Below are positions 21,254 to 31,902 of a stretch of 64,000 bases of DNA, in pieces. Position 1 is the first letter of the stretch. The number at the start of each line of letters is the position of its first letter. The stretch is from Perkinsela sp. CCAP 1560/9 (taxonomy: Eukaryota > Protista > Euglenozoa: Kinetoplastea). Below the pieces are notes generated by a model. It saw only the letters and a list, made by a program, of their open reading frames with translations. It searched no databases and was not told the DNA's origin. The position numbers and the translations under genes were made by a program. The DNA lies in contig CBFFSA010000016.1 in the NCBI GenBank assembly GCA_965644495.1, positions 62,001 to 126,000 of the forward strand, written 5' to 3'.

Positions 21254-21367
21254 TAGTAGATTTAGACGCTTATGGATATACCAAGACTGCGCTTCGGCAG
21301 CCCGAAATAAAAACGCAAAGGGGTGGAACAACTTTCTGTTCCGGTAGTCAATGCCAACTATTCATGT

Positions 21368-22990
21368 TTACGTAATAGAAACAGTTTCAAAGCGTTGAAT
21401 TTTTACAGCATGCCTCTTCGAAGTCATTTTGTACTTTCTTTCCATTACCTCAGCGGCCTTAGATCTCAAAGTTTCTTTCGGCTCATCTTCACACGCTGGT
21501 TGACGATTACAGTCAATCTCTGGGGGAGGCCCTAAGAGAACGTATCGCCCCCTGTACCACATGTCTGGATCCTGCAAATCGACTTCTCTCTCATCAATAC
21601 ATCGAGGCACCGGATGATACCGTGATGCGCGTGTCTGCGCCTCATGAGCCGTTGAAAGAACTTTCGAGCCGCCCTGCTGTTCATCCTCAGATGCGGATTC
21701 CAGTTCCCTTTCATCAAACGTAAGTGCTCGAGCCCAGCGATCGCACAAGATCATTGCAATCTTGCGATTCTCAGTGCTCTCCGTTGAAAGCTCGGCGTAG
21801 TATTGGAGTATACTACCCAAATCACCGGATGCTAATAACTGCTCTTTTGTAAGTCCGGCCCATTCGTCTTCGACCACGTCCGAGCGCCGAGAAATTGAAG
21901 TATCTCGTCGAATTCGTTTCTTTTCCCCGACGCAGGGAATATCGGAAAGAAATCTGATAAGTTCAGCGCGAACCTCAAAAGGAGGAAGAGAACCATGAGC
22001 TATGGGACGAAGCCAGTTACCAACCTCTTGAAGAAATCCATGACGCAAAAGACAGGTCAAAGAAGATTGCTGTGACAAAATTGGTCGAAGTTGCGGCAGA
22101 AATTGAACTTTGTAGGATATTATGCTCGGACTGGGGGATGCTCCCCACTGATTGCTTACAGTTTGGAGTTCAGTAGTATTGTCCACCTCTCGAGCTCTCC
22201 TCATGCTGTCCACAAGCTCTATGCATTTGACCTCTCTCTCGGGTTGAGTCATCCTTCTTTTCCCACGCGAAATTTTAGTCACCGCGTCAAACCATTTTGG
22301 TGTTTGAAGGCGCAAATCAGGCTTTCCTGTATTGAAATGAGAATCTACTTCAGGTGTTGCTTTTTTCCTTGTTCGCTCTCCTTCGGCAAATATCGAAGCC
22401 TTGACTCGTACATTTCCATGTACTAATTTAGAATCTAGAGTATCGCTATTCTGTTCTTCATCTAGATTTTTATCAACTTCGTGGTCTCCACCGACTCTCA
22501 TGTTCGTCTGCTGAGATTCACTTTGTAACTTCTTTTTCTTATGTTTTCGTTGTCTCTTTTCGCGCTTTTTTCTTTTCCGCTTGTTCTCCCTTTTGTTTTC
22601 TTCATTTCTGTCACTGCGCTTTCGCCGCTTTTTGTCCTTCCCTTGTTTTCTATCCTTTTTCGACTTGTGACGTCTTTCATTAGGTTTGAACAGCTGTATA
22701 ATGTTTTCCTCCTCATTCGCAAGAGCGAAGCTTTCATTTTGACTTGCTTGTATTTCGGAAACGTTCGCATTTTCGAGGCTTTCAACAGATGTGAAGGCAA
22801 TAGAAGTTGAATGTGACTCAATATTCTCAAGTATGGTCGAGTTTTCAATGGGCAGAAAAGAGGATTTTATTCGTTCTTCCGAGTATTCATGTTCTGTTAC
22901 TTGACTAAAGCCTTCTTCTCCGACATTGGAGGTCGGCGTGCTGTTGAGCACAACTTTGATTCTTCTTATTCCCGTGACATTCTCATTCAT
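21368..22990 (-). CDS. IWS1: Transcription elongation factor IWS1/Spn1
   Basis: MRRAREVD, KVQFLPQL, WLRPIAHGSLPPFEVR, SGDLG, ESTENRKIA..LCDRWAR (TFIIS N-terminal-like IWS1 domain); K/R-rich NLS region. Confidence 0.75.
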   Translation of the reverse strand: MNENVTGIRRIKVVLNSTPTSNVGEEGFSQVTEHEYSEERIKSSFLPIENSTILENIESHSTSIAFTSVESLENANVSEIQASQNESFALANEEENIIQLFKPNERRHKSKKDRKQGKDKKRRKRSDRNEENKRENKRKRKKREKRQRKHKKKKLQSESQQTNMRVGGDHEVDKNLDEEQNSDTLDSKLVHGNVRVKASIFAEGERTRKKATPEVDSHFNTGKPDLRLQTPKWFDAVTKISRGKRRMTQPEREVKCIELVDSMRRAREVDNTTELQTVSNQWGASPSPSIISYKVQFLPQLRPILSQQSSLTCLLRHGFLQEVGNWLRPIAHGSLPPFEVRAELIRFLSDIPCVGEKKRIRRDTSISRRSDVVEDEWAGLTKEQLLASGDLGSILQYYAELSTESTENRKIAMILCDRWARALTFDERELESASEDEQQGGSKVLSTAHEAQTRASRYHPVPRCIDEREVDLQDPDMWYRGRYVLLGPPPEIDCNRQPACEDEPKETLRSKAAEVMERKYKMTSKRHAVKIQRFETVSIT

Positions 22991-23320
22991 AAAGGAATAT
23001 CAAAGTTACAAATTTCAGTTGGCACAACCAGTGATTTCACTTTCTTGCAAAAATTGTAAAATAATTGATCTTTATCGTTAAAGTTTTGTTTATCGTTAAA
23101 GTTTTTTTTAAAATAATTAAAATTGTAAAATGCAAAAACTAGTGCTTTTATAGAGTTGAATGCAGACGCTTATCTCACTCGATCACATTTTTGGCAACAC
23201 GTTCATTGTAACACGTTTTTACAGAACCCCGTATCCAAGGAAAGACGCTAACAATAAAACATGATGTTGGTCTGAGATGCACGGAACTTCTTGACAGTGA
23301 ATCTTTTGAAGGATAAACAG

Positions 23321-24748
23321 TTAATCGGGATCTACCGGCATGTTTCTTTCGCGGCGAAGTTTCCACGTCGTAGCAACAGTAATCAATCCAACTAATGCAT
23401 AAAAAATGTATACTGTTAATAAATTCCAAGGAAAGGACACAGGACAAGCCCATACGTTTCTTTCCGTCGAAGCTGACCAAGCAAAAAGAGAACATGCGAT
23501 GGTGGGAAAAATGAATACCACAAGGCTTTGTAGCGAAATAGTCAAGGCTGACGCACGCGAGAGAAATGTTTTGTGAACAGAAAAGTTGGACAACACAAGC
23601 GTCGCGTTAAACATTATCTGACCCATTACTTGCCTTGCGATTCCCATGACAAGGGTGAGCACAGCAAGATCCGCATAGCGTGGCAGATAAACAACAAAAG
23701 GAACTATAGCGTAAAACGGAATGGATATTAAGGCTGCCCCGAGGACGCACTCTCGGTATCCAAACCGCTCATTGATAAGCGGTGACACGTACGATGCCAT
23801 AGTGGTGATTACCCCTTGTATCGCACCCATGAGCCCTACCCCGTCCGTGGACATTCCATACCCCCCATCAGAGGCGGGAAGCATCAGTAGAAGGGGAAAA
23901 ACATCTGCGCCGATACACCGCAACCCACTTGAGAGCGCAAACACAATGGTGACACGAGCAAATTGGTTGTCATTTGTTTTGAGGTAATACATAAAGCACG
24001 TCCATGATGAAGTGTCACTGGCGCTGGACGCCGTACTCAATAGGGTGGTATCCATTTCCCCCCTCTCAAGGGGAACTGTTTGCGTAACAATGTTTAATCT
24101 CAATTTGCGATACCGAAGTTCCACTAGAAATATGCCTAGAGCGCATAAATTCAGAAATGAGGTAATAAGATTAGGAAGGAGAAAAGGGAACGATTTGAGT
24201 CCCGGAAGAGCGTGACTAAGTGATGCATACTTTGTTGCGCCGTAGCTTAAAAGCCCCGCAAGGGCAGGAGAAAGCACACTGACTATTCCCCAAATACCAC
24301 CAATATAACTGAGGGGATAAACCGTGCGCTCAGGGGGTAAAATGTGAGCTAGACGAACTTTCGAGAGAAGAGTGGTGCCGTTACAAAAACCGTACAGAGT
24401 GGCAACAACTAACGCCCACCAGTAGTTAGAGCACAACCCAAACAAAAACGGAAACAAGATGCCGGTAGAGCAGGTCACAATCATGAGCGGCATAGTACCA
24501 TAGCCATCTACGGCGTAACCAAAAGGAATCCCGTTGAGAAATCGGCCTAAATAGAATGCCCCGTTCAATGCCCCTGCGTAGTATCCAACTTTCGCGTGGG
24601 ATAGTTCCGGGAAAAATTCTTTTACCATGTATCCCGAGTAGTGCACCAGCCCCGCGACGTACCAGTACCCAGCGAAACACAAGGCATAAACGGAGAGAAC
24701 CCCGAGTTTTTCAATTCGCTTTTCGGATTTGGTCTGCCGCACGTTCAT
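23321..24748 (-). CDS. MFS transporter (ZIF1-like)
   Basis: About 12 hydrophobic segments; VGYYAG...GRFL...FGYAVDGYG (MFS motif A-like); FPFLLPNL; GGYGMS. First ATG at 24748. Confidence 0.85.
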   Translation of the reverse strand: MNVRQTKSEKRIEKLGVLSVYALCFAGYWYVAGLVHYSGYMVKEFFPELSHAKVGYYAGALNGAFYLGRFLNGIPFGYAVDGYGTMPLMIVTCSTGILFPFLFGLCSNYWWALVVATLYGFCNGTTLLSKVRLAHILPPERTVYPLSYIGGIWGIVSVLSPALAGLLSYGATKYASLSHALPGLKSFPFLLPNLITSFLNLCALGIFLVELRYRKLRLNIVTQTVPLERGEMDTTLLSTASSASDTSSWTCFMYYLKTNDNQFARVTIVFALSSGLRCIGADVFPLLLMLPASDGGYGMSTDGVGLMGAIQGVITTMASYVSPLINERFGYRECVLGAALISIPFYAIVPFVVYLPRYADLAVLTLVMGIARQVMGQIMFNATLVLSNFSVHKTFLSRASALTISLQSLVVFIFPTIACSLFAWSASTERNVWACPVSFPWNLLTVYIFYALVGLITVATTWKLRRERNMPVDPD

Positions 24749-25086
24749 CGAGTCCTGCTGCAAAATATGTGAACTCTCATTTGTACACCGCCACTAGTGG
24801 TAGCAGATTTTTAAGAATGAAGAGATCATCTCTGTTCCTTACAAGTATTTTTCGTAAAAAATGAATTCGGATCTCACCACAGCCCTATGATAACACGCAC
24901 GTAGAATAAGGAAATAAAATAACAGTCCTGTTAAAAATGTTTGGTTGTTACCTACAGAATGGAAAATATTCATGTACTTGTCTATGCATTGATATTATTT
25001 TTATAGCTCGTTTGAACCGACTCACAAAGAGCTAACGATAAAACAGTACAGTTTGTTGTATGTAGCTAAGGGGTACAAATGACAAG

Positions 25087-27213
25087 TTACCCTATTTGCC
25101 ATTGTTGTACGGATGACACATTTTGCGAGTAGATTTTCGACACATTGTTTTCGTTGAGTGCCGTTCGGATCTCAATATCGACAAAGGTTGTTTTGGATGC
25201 AGTACGGTTCAACGCTAGGAAGAAAGTTTTGCGATCTTCTTCGGATTTAGTCGGTGGCGCAAAAAGAGACAGTTCAACAGCAAAAGATTTAACGTCGGTT
25301 GAGTAAATAATCATATCTGGAGCATTCTCATGGAAATAAGAGAGAGAAGGTGTTGACTCAGATACATTTAAATTCTCTAATGAAGCTCTTTCGTCGGTAT
25401 TAGTTTCGGATCGCCTGTTTTTCAAGAAACTGTTGGAAATCAAAGAAGTAACATCGAGGGGTACCTCAGAAAGGGAATCAGTGCCTTGATGCCAGACTGG
25501 ATATGGAAGACCACTTTCTAGGATCTCTTGCGCCACCCTATGCAACCTCGGCTGTAAAGTCTTGCCTGCACTACGTATATCAGAATCCGGAACAATTTGC
25601 TGCGCTGCAGAATGGAACAATGCGGTATCCTCCGTATGCGCGACACGTGCCCTGCTCCTACTTTTTTCGTGCGCTTCCGAATTCATAGACGGTTGAAAGG
25701 CATGAATTAAATCTTGTTCCATTACGATGTCCTGTGAAAATGCGCGTACACCGTCGATGTTACAGACTGCAACACGAAATGGGGCTGCGGCTTCTTTGAG
25801 TTTCGTATATTCACTCTCGTTGGCGTCGTTGTCACCAAAATGTAAGAGTGAGGGATTGCGCAACATTTGAATAGGTCTGTGAGGCGTGGGCATGTCCATT
25901 CCAAAATCAGGTACCTCTTCGAAGCATCGCTGAGGGAATACATAATCGGAGTTACTGTCCCCAAGAGAGGGAATTAAAAAGAATGTATGCCGATGAAAGA
26001 ACGGTTTGTTCGGTCTCTCTTCTTTGAAATGAAAGCCACGTGTACTGGCTACTTCACAAAACTTTTGGTCGAGTCGAGTCCATTCTCTGGATAGCTGTTC
26101 TATTCTTTCCAAGAAGTCGGAGAACATCTCGCTGTACGTTTCCTGGGTAGGAATTTCATAGCCATTCTTCTCACATGGAGTAAGCTGTTGGGAGATGTCA
26201 GGAGAACCAAAACGAGGAAGCACAAATGGCCCTAAAAACATGACCATGAATGGATATGAAGAGGAAAAAGTGTTAATTTTTTCATCTCGAAAGGATTGAG
26301 ATAACCTATTTGAGGCTTCTTCATAGTGATTCCGAATGAATTCGCTCAAAGAAGTCAGCATTTCCTTCCCACGATGAGTGAACGGGCCCTGACAAATAAT
26401 GATCCGCTGTGAAAGTGAATCTGACAAAGGAAAACCTACACTTGTGACGGCTCTCGAGTCACATGTTTCCTTTTTAATGTAACTTTCGGTAACGGTTGGA
26501 TGCGACTCTACATTTGATTTTATGTTAGAAAGTATTTCACAGCATAGTAAATTTGTCATCAACCGCTGAACCAGAATGGACGAGGCTCCATAGAAACTTC
26601 CAATCATGGAAATAATTTTTCCTGGCCAAAAGGAAAAGCACAGATCGTCCTTCTTAGATGTGTCAGTGACGTTTTCATAGCCCAGAAGTGACATACACTC
26701 TGAAAGAGCACAGTCTGTTTTCATTTGACTGAAATCTAAAGTAGCTATTGCATTCTTTAGCCGAGGAGAAGCAGATTCCTGCTTTGAATTTGGTACGAGT
26801 TCCACAGCCACGTCAAGTTCATGGAGATACTTTTTTGTAGGGCTCACCTCGCCCGAGGCAATAAAGCTCGACATATCTCGTTTCGACAAGTTTACCTTAC
26901 ACTGAACCACACGGGCAACAATAAAAGTAACTCCTGGTGGCAGCCTCGGCCCGAGCAACTGCCCGTATAAGGTTTCGTGCAGAAGGCTTTGAGCTTGACC
27001 GTAGGAACGGAGGGAGTCCATCTGTTGCTGTGGACCATCCCTTGTGAGTCTAAGGTCCTTTCGACTGCCAGTGAATGCAGGTGTGATATCCGTCCAACAG
27101 GCCTCAGCATGTAACGCCTTGAACGCAAGACTTGGGTCCACAACCCAATCATTCCGTTGAGTAGTATAGATTGCGACAGTCCGACTTGGTATCTGCCGAT
27201 GGATTCGTTCCAT
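25087..27213 (-). CDS. POLA2: DNA polymerase alpha subunit B
   Basis: SFWPGKII, QGPFT, FLGPFV, LIPSLGD...VFPQ, NPS, YP..., PDMII motifs of the B-subunit phosphodiesterase-like domain. Confidence 0.75.
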   Translation of the reverse strand: MERIHRQIPSRTVAIYTTQRNDWVVDPSLAFKALHAEACWTDITPAFTGSRKDLRLTRDGPQQQMDSLRSYGQAQSLLHETLYGQLLGPRLPPGVTFIVARVVQCKVNLSKRDMSSFIASGEVSPTKKYLHELDVAVELVPNSKQESASPRLKNAIATLDFSQMKTDCALSECMSLLGYENVTDTSKKDDLCFSFWPGKIISMIGSFYGASSILVQRLMTNLLCCEILSNIKSNVESHPTVTESYIKKETCDSRAVTSVGFPLSDSLSQRIIICQGPFTHRGKEMLTSLSEFIRNHYEEASNRLSQSFRDEKINTFSSSYPFMVMFLGPFVLPRFGSPDISQQLTPCEKNGYEIPTQETYSEMFSDFLERIEQLSREWTRLDQKFCEVASTRGFHFKEERPNKPFFHRHTFFLIPSLGDSNSDYVFPQRCFEEVPDFGMDMPTPHRPIQMLRNPSLLHFGDNDANESEYTKLKEAAAPFRVAVCNIDGVRAFSQDIVMEQDLIHAFQPSMNSEAHEKSRSRARVAHTEDTALFHSAAQQIVPDSDIRSAGKTLQPRLHRVAQEILESGLPYPVWHQGTDSLSEVPLDVTSLISNSFLKNRRSETNTDERASLENLNVSESTPSLSYFHENAPDMIIYSTDVKSFAVELSLFAPPTKSEEDRKTFFLALNRTASKTTFVDIEIRTALNENNVSKIYSQNVSSVQQWQIG

Positions 27214-27638
27214 AGGTAGGAATCTTTGTGTATCAAATAGAGAAAATGTGAAGATAGAAGTAATTTCAATGGCACCATGAAATATAATATACTAGGGCAT
27301 GTTGCACAAATTTTACTTACATTGTTTATGCGAATATTTTTTTCTTCACATTTTGCTTAAACAAGTCTCACACTCGGACGCAAGTCATCAATTACGTAAT
27401 ATGATAGGATTGAAAAAATGATTTGAAGTTTACTTCAAAAGATGAAATGTTCACATGCTACACAAAAGAAATGCTTGCGTCGTCCACGAAATCTTTTTTT
27501 CATCCATCTCATAAGAACCCAGGAATCAGGAGGAGCGACGGAATAAAATTTCACTCTACATTGTAATTGCTAGATACTTTACTGGTAAATACCAACTGAC
27601 AACCCTGTGCATAATTGAAGTCCTTTTAATTACGAATT

Positions 27639-30600
27639 TTACCAGTTCCCATTTCCTGGAGGGAAATGGTGCTGGCCTGGATAATATTCTGGAGGAAATG
27701 GATAAGGTGGGTACGGAGGATATTGAGCTGTTCTCAGTGCCGTAAGTGCGGGATGAATAAACCGTGACCGATACCCATCAAAAGGAATCATTTCTGGGCC
27801 GACGAATTCCGGGGGTGGGTGAAAGGGTGGCGGCATCTCATGATGAAAATAACTATCCTCGAGATCTTTCCTTTGCACCCGCTTTTGGTTTTGAGAGAGA
27901 GACCCATTTTCGGAGGTAGCTTTCGTTTTTCTGGAATCTCGTGCTGTTCTAGCTGTAGTGCTTGATTTCTCTCCGTGCAAAACTTCCGCAGACGTTCGAT
28001 TAAAACTTTTCCTGCGTAGGTCACGGCGAGCTCCTTTGTCATTCTTTGTACGCGGTGATGGTGATTCTAAAGGTTTAGCCTCCAATGAAGAGTCTCGAAT
28101 CTGTACCTGATCAGATTTTGTCACGTGCGATTCTAGAGTGGGATTAATGGTGGTCTTTTTCGGCATCGCAGCATAATCCTGAGTCAGTATTTCGTTTTCA
28201 GGTGTTTTAGTCTCACTAAGTTTGCTTTCACCATTCTTTTCGGTTGCTTTTTCTACTGGAATAGTACTTGGCAACGATTCTTTTTTCGTTGGGATGGTTC
28301 CTACTACCACTTCTTTTTCAAGTGGAAAGGTTCTTGATACCGCTTCCTTTTCTACTGGAATGTTTGGTATCGCTTCTGTTTCTACCGGGATGCTACACGT
28401 TACCGCTTCTGTTTCTACTGGGATGTTTCTACTGGTACTTGGTGCAGCTTCCTCTTCTATTTTCTTGATTTGACCGTCAACACGTTCTTTTTCGACTTCA
28501 TCAAACATTCTTTCGACTTCTTTCATTGTAAGAACAGCATTCTGGTTCCCCATGACAGAAACTATATTAAAGCGTTCGCCAGAACCAGCAACCTCTGAGT
28601 CTGCTTTCTTTGCGCGTTCTTCGCGCTTTAATAGCTTCCAGGCCTCCTCCAGGGCAAGCGGGCATCGTTGTACAAGTTCAGGGTACATTGCAGCATATAA
28701 GCGATACATTTCTTCACGGCGTTCGCCAAATTCACGAAAGAATTTCCCCTTTCTGTCCTCCGAACTGTGATCTTGTCTCGGTGGTCGGCGAGCCAATTCA
28801 TCTTCACTGCTGCTTAAGTCACTCAGCCTGCCCGAGCGGGACACAGGGGGTGGCAAATGTTCAGCACAATATTGAAGCTGCGCACGGCGAAGTTTTTGAC
28901 GATTATGCAGGTCTGCAATGGCAAGCGAAAGTCTAAGGGATGCTGTGCCAAGTAGACATTTATTGTTTAAGGATGGAGTGCGGATGACCGTGAACTGATG
29001 TTTTGGTAGGCGTATGGTTGAGTTGTCTAAATGTTTCTCAGATTCATCTGATGTGGTCGTCTGTTTATCTAAAGATGCGGCTTTGCTGTCTATTCTCTGA
29101 ACCACCTTTGCGTTTGATGCCGCCTTACCTCCTTTTCGATCTTGCTCTTCAAGTTTTACTAGTTTCACGGACTGGCATTCTCCTTTTTTTGCTTTATTCA
29201 AGGAAGAAACAGGACGCGATTGAGGTACTTCTTTTGTCGTACAATCTTTCACCTTTTGAGGCGTTTCCCGTACAGCCGATGATTCATGCGAGGTGTCTGA
29301 AGCCTTCCAGTATTCTGAACGAATTCGCAGAACCTTTCTCCTAGAAATCAGACATTGCTTGGCAGCTACTCTCCAAGAGAATGCTCTTAATTCCTCTGAT
29401 TCAGCGTGCGTAAAAATTTTGCAAGTATTTTCTTCCTTGTTCGTGCTCTCTTTTAAAGCCTGCTCATGGCCTTCTTCTTTCGTCGTTGTAGACTCTTTCT
29501 TTTTTGTAGACCCTTCCTTTGTTGTTGATTCTTCCTTTGTTGTTGATTCTTCCTTTGTTGTTGATTCTCCCTTTGTTGTTGATTCTCCCTTTGCTGTTGA
29601 TTCTCCCTTTGCTGTTGATTCTTTTATAGCTTGTTCTATCGATTTTGGAGTTAAGCTGCTAAGATCTTTAGTCGCGCTGTCGCGGAGCCGAATAGCTCGA
29701 CGCTTTCTAGCAACGGAATCCACCATGTAGAAGACTCCAGGGGGTCGACGTCCTGTGTGTGAAAGAACAATTTCTCCTATGGTTTCGGTGACACCCCCAT
29801 CGTTAAAACAGGAAGTCGCAATGATCATGAGACCATCTCCCCACCAGGTGTTGCCACCGCCAGCGTGTAAGGCGCGAATCGCGAGCCTACGGAATAAGTC
29901 CCTTGTGGCCGTCATGGGGTCAAGCATTGCGCTGTGTTTCGAAATTTGCTGACTTTCGCTGTCTTGAAACAATTTTTCTGCTCCCACTCCTTTCGGAATT
30001 TGGCTTTCCCGGAGCAGGTCGGCCCAGGAAAATGGTGTGGAGAGGGGGTGTTTGCTGTAAAAGCTCGGATGCTCTATAAAGTATGGGATGTGATCTTGCC
30101 ATGACTTTCTTTTGCGCAAGCACTCTTCCCTCTTTTGATCGATTTTTGAAACATGAGTTCTCGACGTCCGAAAACTCGAAGCTCTGGACTTTCGCATCCT
30201 TTCCCGTGAACGATTTCGGTCCTGGCTGTGACCTGTTTTTCGTGCATTACGGATAGGTGAATATCTTCGGGGACTGCATCGTCTGTCGTACGATCTGGAG
30301 CGTAATCGTCGCTCCCTATCATGTGAACGCCTCCTCGGTCTGTGAGAGCTGACTCTATCGGATCTGCGGTGACATGGACTGATTGATCTGAAGCGCTTTC
30401 GTGTACGCATTTCTTTTCCGTGTCTAGACCTTGAGCGACCGCGACGCTCCGATTTGTGGCGACGGTAAGACCGCTCACGATCTCTTGAGCGCTCTCTTCT
30501 CCGGTGTGGAGTCGGTGACGCCGACCTCTTACGATACTTGTTTCTGCGACTCAGACATTCCTTTTCCGTATTTTGCCGTAAGATGTTATGTGTTACTTTC

Positions 30601-31208
30601 GACGAACTTGACGTCGTTTTAGTGTGAAGACGATTCTCTGATTTATGCACTGAAGTTTTCTTCCCTGGAGAACAGGTCTTTTTTGTCTTCATATCGGACA
30701 TACCGTTCCGGTTTGAGAACGAAGAGGACTGCTTCCGCGTCTCCGAAGGGGTTGATATTGGCTGGATCTCCTTGACAGGCTCTGGTCCGTCTTTTTCTGA
30801 GACCTTTTGAGTACTACCATGTGCGGCGTCTATAGAAATTTCTTTAGCAGCTGACCCTGCAGACACCCCCCCTTTGCTTTGTGCAGAATTCGATGAATCA
30901 GAAGTAGAATCCCGCACAGTGTTTCTCTTCGCCTCGATCCTATCAGTTTCGGGGACTGAGACAGGCTCGGGTGAGAGAATTAAAGATGGAAGATCGCTCG
31001 AAGGTATTTTGCTTGAGGACTCCGCGTAGGAAGCGGAAAATTCAGACAAATGAGAGCGATTTTCAAAAAGTACAGCAATACTGTCCGAAAAATTCATGTC
31101 TAATGAAGTTGCAGCATTTTTTTTCTCGGTGAGTACGGAGAGTGGCATAGCCTTTAATAATGCACTAGCTATACTGTCTATGACACCTGAGGGGGGTGCG
31201 TTTTCCAT
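27639..31208 (-). CDS. Low-complexity RS-rich hypothetical protein
   Basis: About 1190-aa ORF; RS/RD-rich segment, ESTTK(G/E) repeats, IPVE(T/K)EA repeats, P/Y-rich C-terminus. First ATG at 31208. Confidence 0.8.
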   Translation of the reverse strand: MENAPPSGVIDSIASALLKAMPLSVLTEKKNAATSLDMNFSDSIAVLFENRSHLSEFSASYAESSSKIPSSDLPSLILSPEPVSVPETDRIEAKRNTVRDSTSDSSNSAQSKGGVSAGSAAKEISIDAAHGSTQKVSEKDGPEPVKEIQPISTPSETRKQSSSFSNRNGMSDMKTKKTCSPGKKTSVHKSENRLHTKTTSSSSKVTHNILRQNTEKECLSRRNKYRKRSASPTPHRRRERSRDRERSYRRHKSERRGRSRSRHGKEMRTRKRFRSISPCHRRSDRVSSHRPRRRSHDRERRLRSRSYDRRCSPRRYSPIRNARKTGHSQDRNRSRERMRKSRASSFRTSRTHVSKIDQKREECLRKRKSWQDHIPYFIEHPSFYSKHPLSTPFSWADLLRESQIPKGVGAEKLFQDSESQQISKHSAMLDPMTATRDLFRRLAIRALHAGGGNTWWGDGLMIIATSCFNDGGVTETIGEIVLSHTGRRPPGVFYMVDSVARKRRAIRLRDSATKDLSSLTPKSIEQAIKESTAKGESTAKGESTTKGESTTKEESTTKEESTTKEGSTKKKESTTTKEEGHEQALKESTNKEENTCKIFTHAESEELRAFSWRVAAKQCLISRRKVLRIRSEYWKASDTSHESSAVRETPQKVKDCTTKEVPQSRPVSSLNKAKKGECQSVKLVKLEEQDRKGGKAASNAKVVQRIDSKAASLDKQTTTSDESEKHLDNSTIRLPKHQFTVIRTPSLNNKCLLGTASLRLSLAIADLHNRQKLRRAQLQYCAEHLPPPVSRSGRLSDLSSSEDELARRPPRQDHSSEDRKGKFFREFGERREEMYRLYAAMYPELVQRCPLALEEAWKLLKREERAKKADSEVAGSGERFNIVSVMGNQNAVLTMKEVERMFDEVEKERVDGQIKKIEEEAAPSTSRNIPVETEAVTCSIPVETEAIPNIPVEKEAVSRTFPLEKEVVVGTIPTKKESLPSTIPVEKATEKNGESKLSETKTPENEILTQDYAAMPKKTTINPTLESHVTKSDQVQIRDSSLEAKPLESPSPRTKNDKGARRDLRRKSFNRTSAEVLHGEKSSTTARTARDSRKTKATSENGSLSQNQKRVQRKDLEDSYFHHEMPPPFHPPPEFVGPEMIPFDGYRSRFIHPALTALRTAQYPPYPPYPFPPEYYPGQHHFPPGNGNW
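29485..29624. repeat. Coding 18-bp tandem repeat (ESTT/AK-G/E)
   Basis: GTTGATTCT(C/T)CCTTTG(C/T)T units, 6 near-perfect plus degenerate copies. Confidence 0.9.
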
Positions 31209-31902
31209 GGGCGTTAGCAAATATGAAAAATGTACTCAATCCTATTAAAATATATTTCAAAACTAATCGCGTGCGCAAGCAACCCTATTCACCACCCTGT
31301 GCCTAATGTAGTTTTCTTATGGTGTATGGTTCTTCGCGTGTCGATGCTATCAATAAACACTGTACAGTAACTATCGATTTGATGGTTCTCGTAGTCGTAA
31401 CATTGGTGTCATTTCAAAATGAAGATAAATCTGTTCGCCCTGCCAGAAAATTGACATTTCAGCTAAACTTTTGAGCTAAGAAAGACAAGTTAAACGTTTT
31501 ATCTAAATTTCGGCTAAAGTGTTGAGCTAAAAAATAGCTTTGATGGATAAAGGAAGGCAAAAAAGATTCCTGAGGGAGCGTCGATTGCTCCAACCCTTGC
31601 TAGGCCCAAATATCTCTGTAGATCTTGCCCTGTATGAAAAAACAAGGATACAGATAATTAAAACCGTAGTCTATGGTTAGTCATTTGTCTGGCACACGTT
31701 GTCCAGCAGGAAGCTTAAGCAAAACAAGTTGGACACCATGAGCATTCACGCAGGGCATGCGGAAATGGGCGCAGGGCAGTGGACTCATGGAACACAGGAA
31801 AAATCCGTAAATACAGTCCATGTGTAAAATGCGGATGAAATGAATAAGGCCGAAACTGTAAAAATTTGGTACGTTTAGTGTACAAGTGTAATTTGTAGTA
31901 GT

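Noticed and set aside
31455-31532. Duplicated TTTC(A/G)GCTAAA....TTGAGCTAA motif
   Set aside because: Only two short copies, with no termini or other support.
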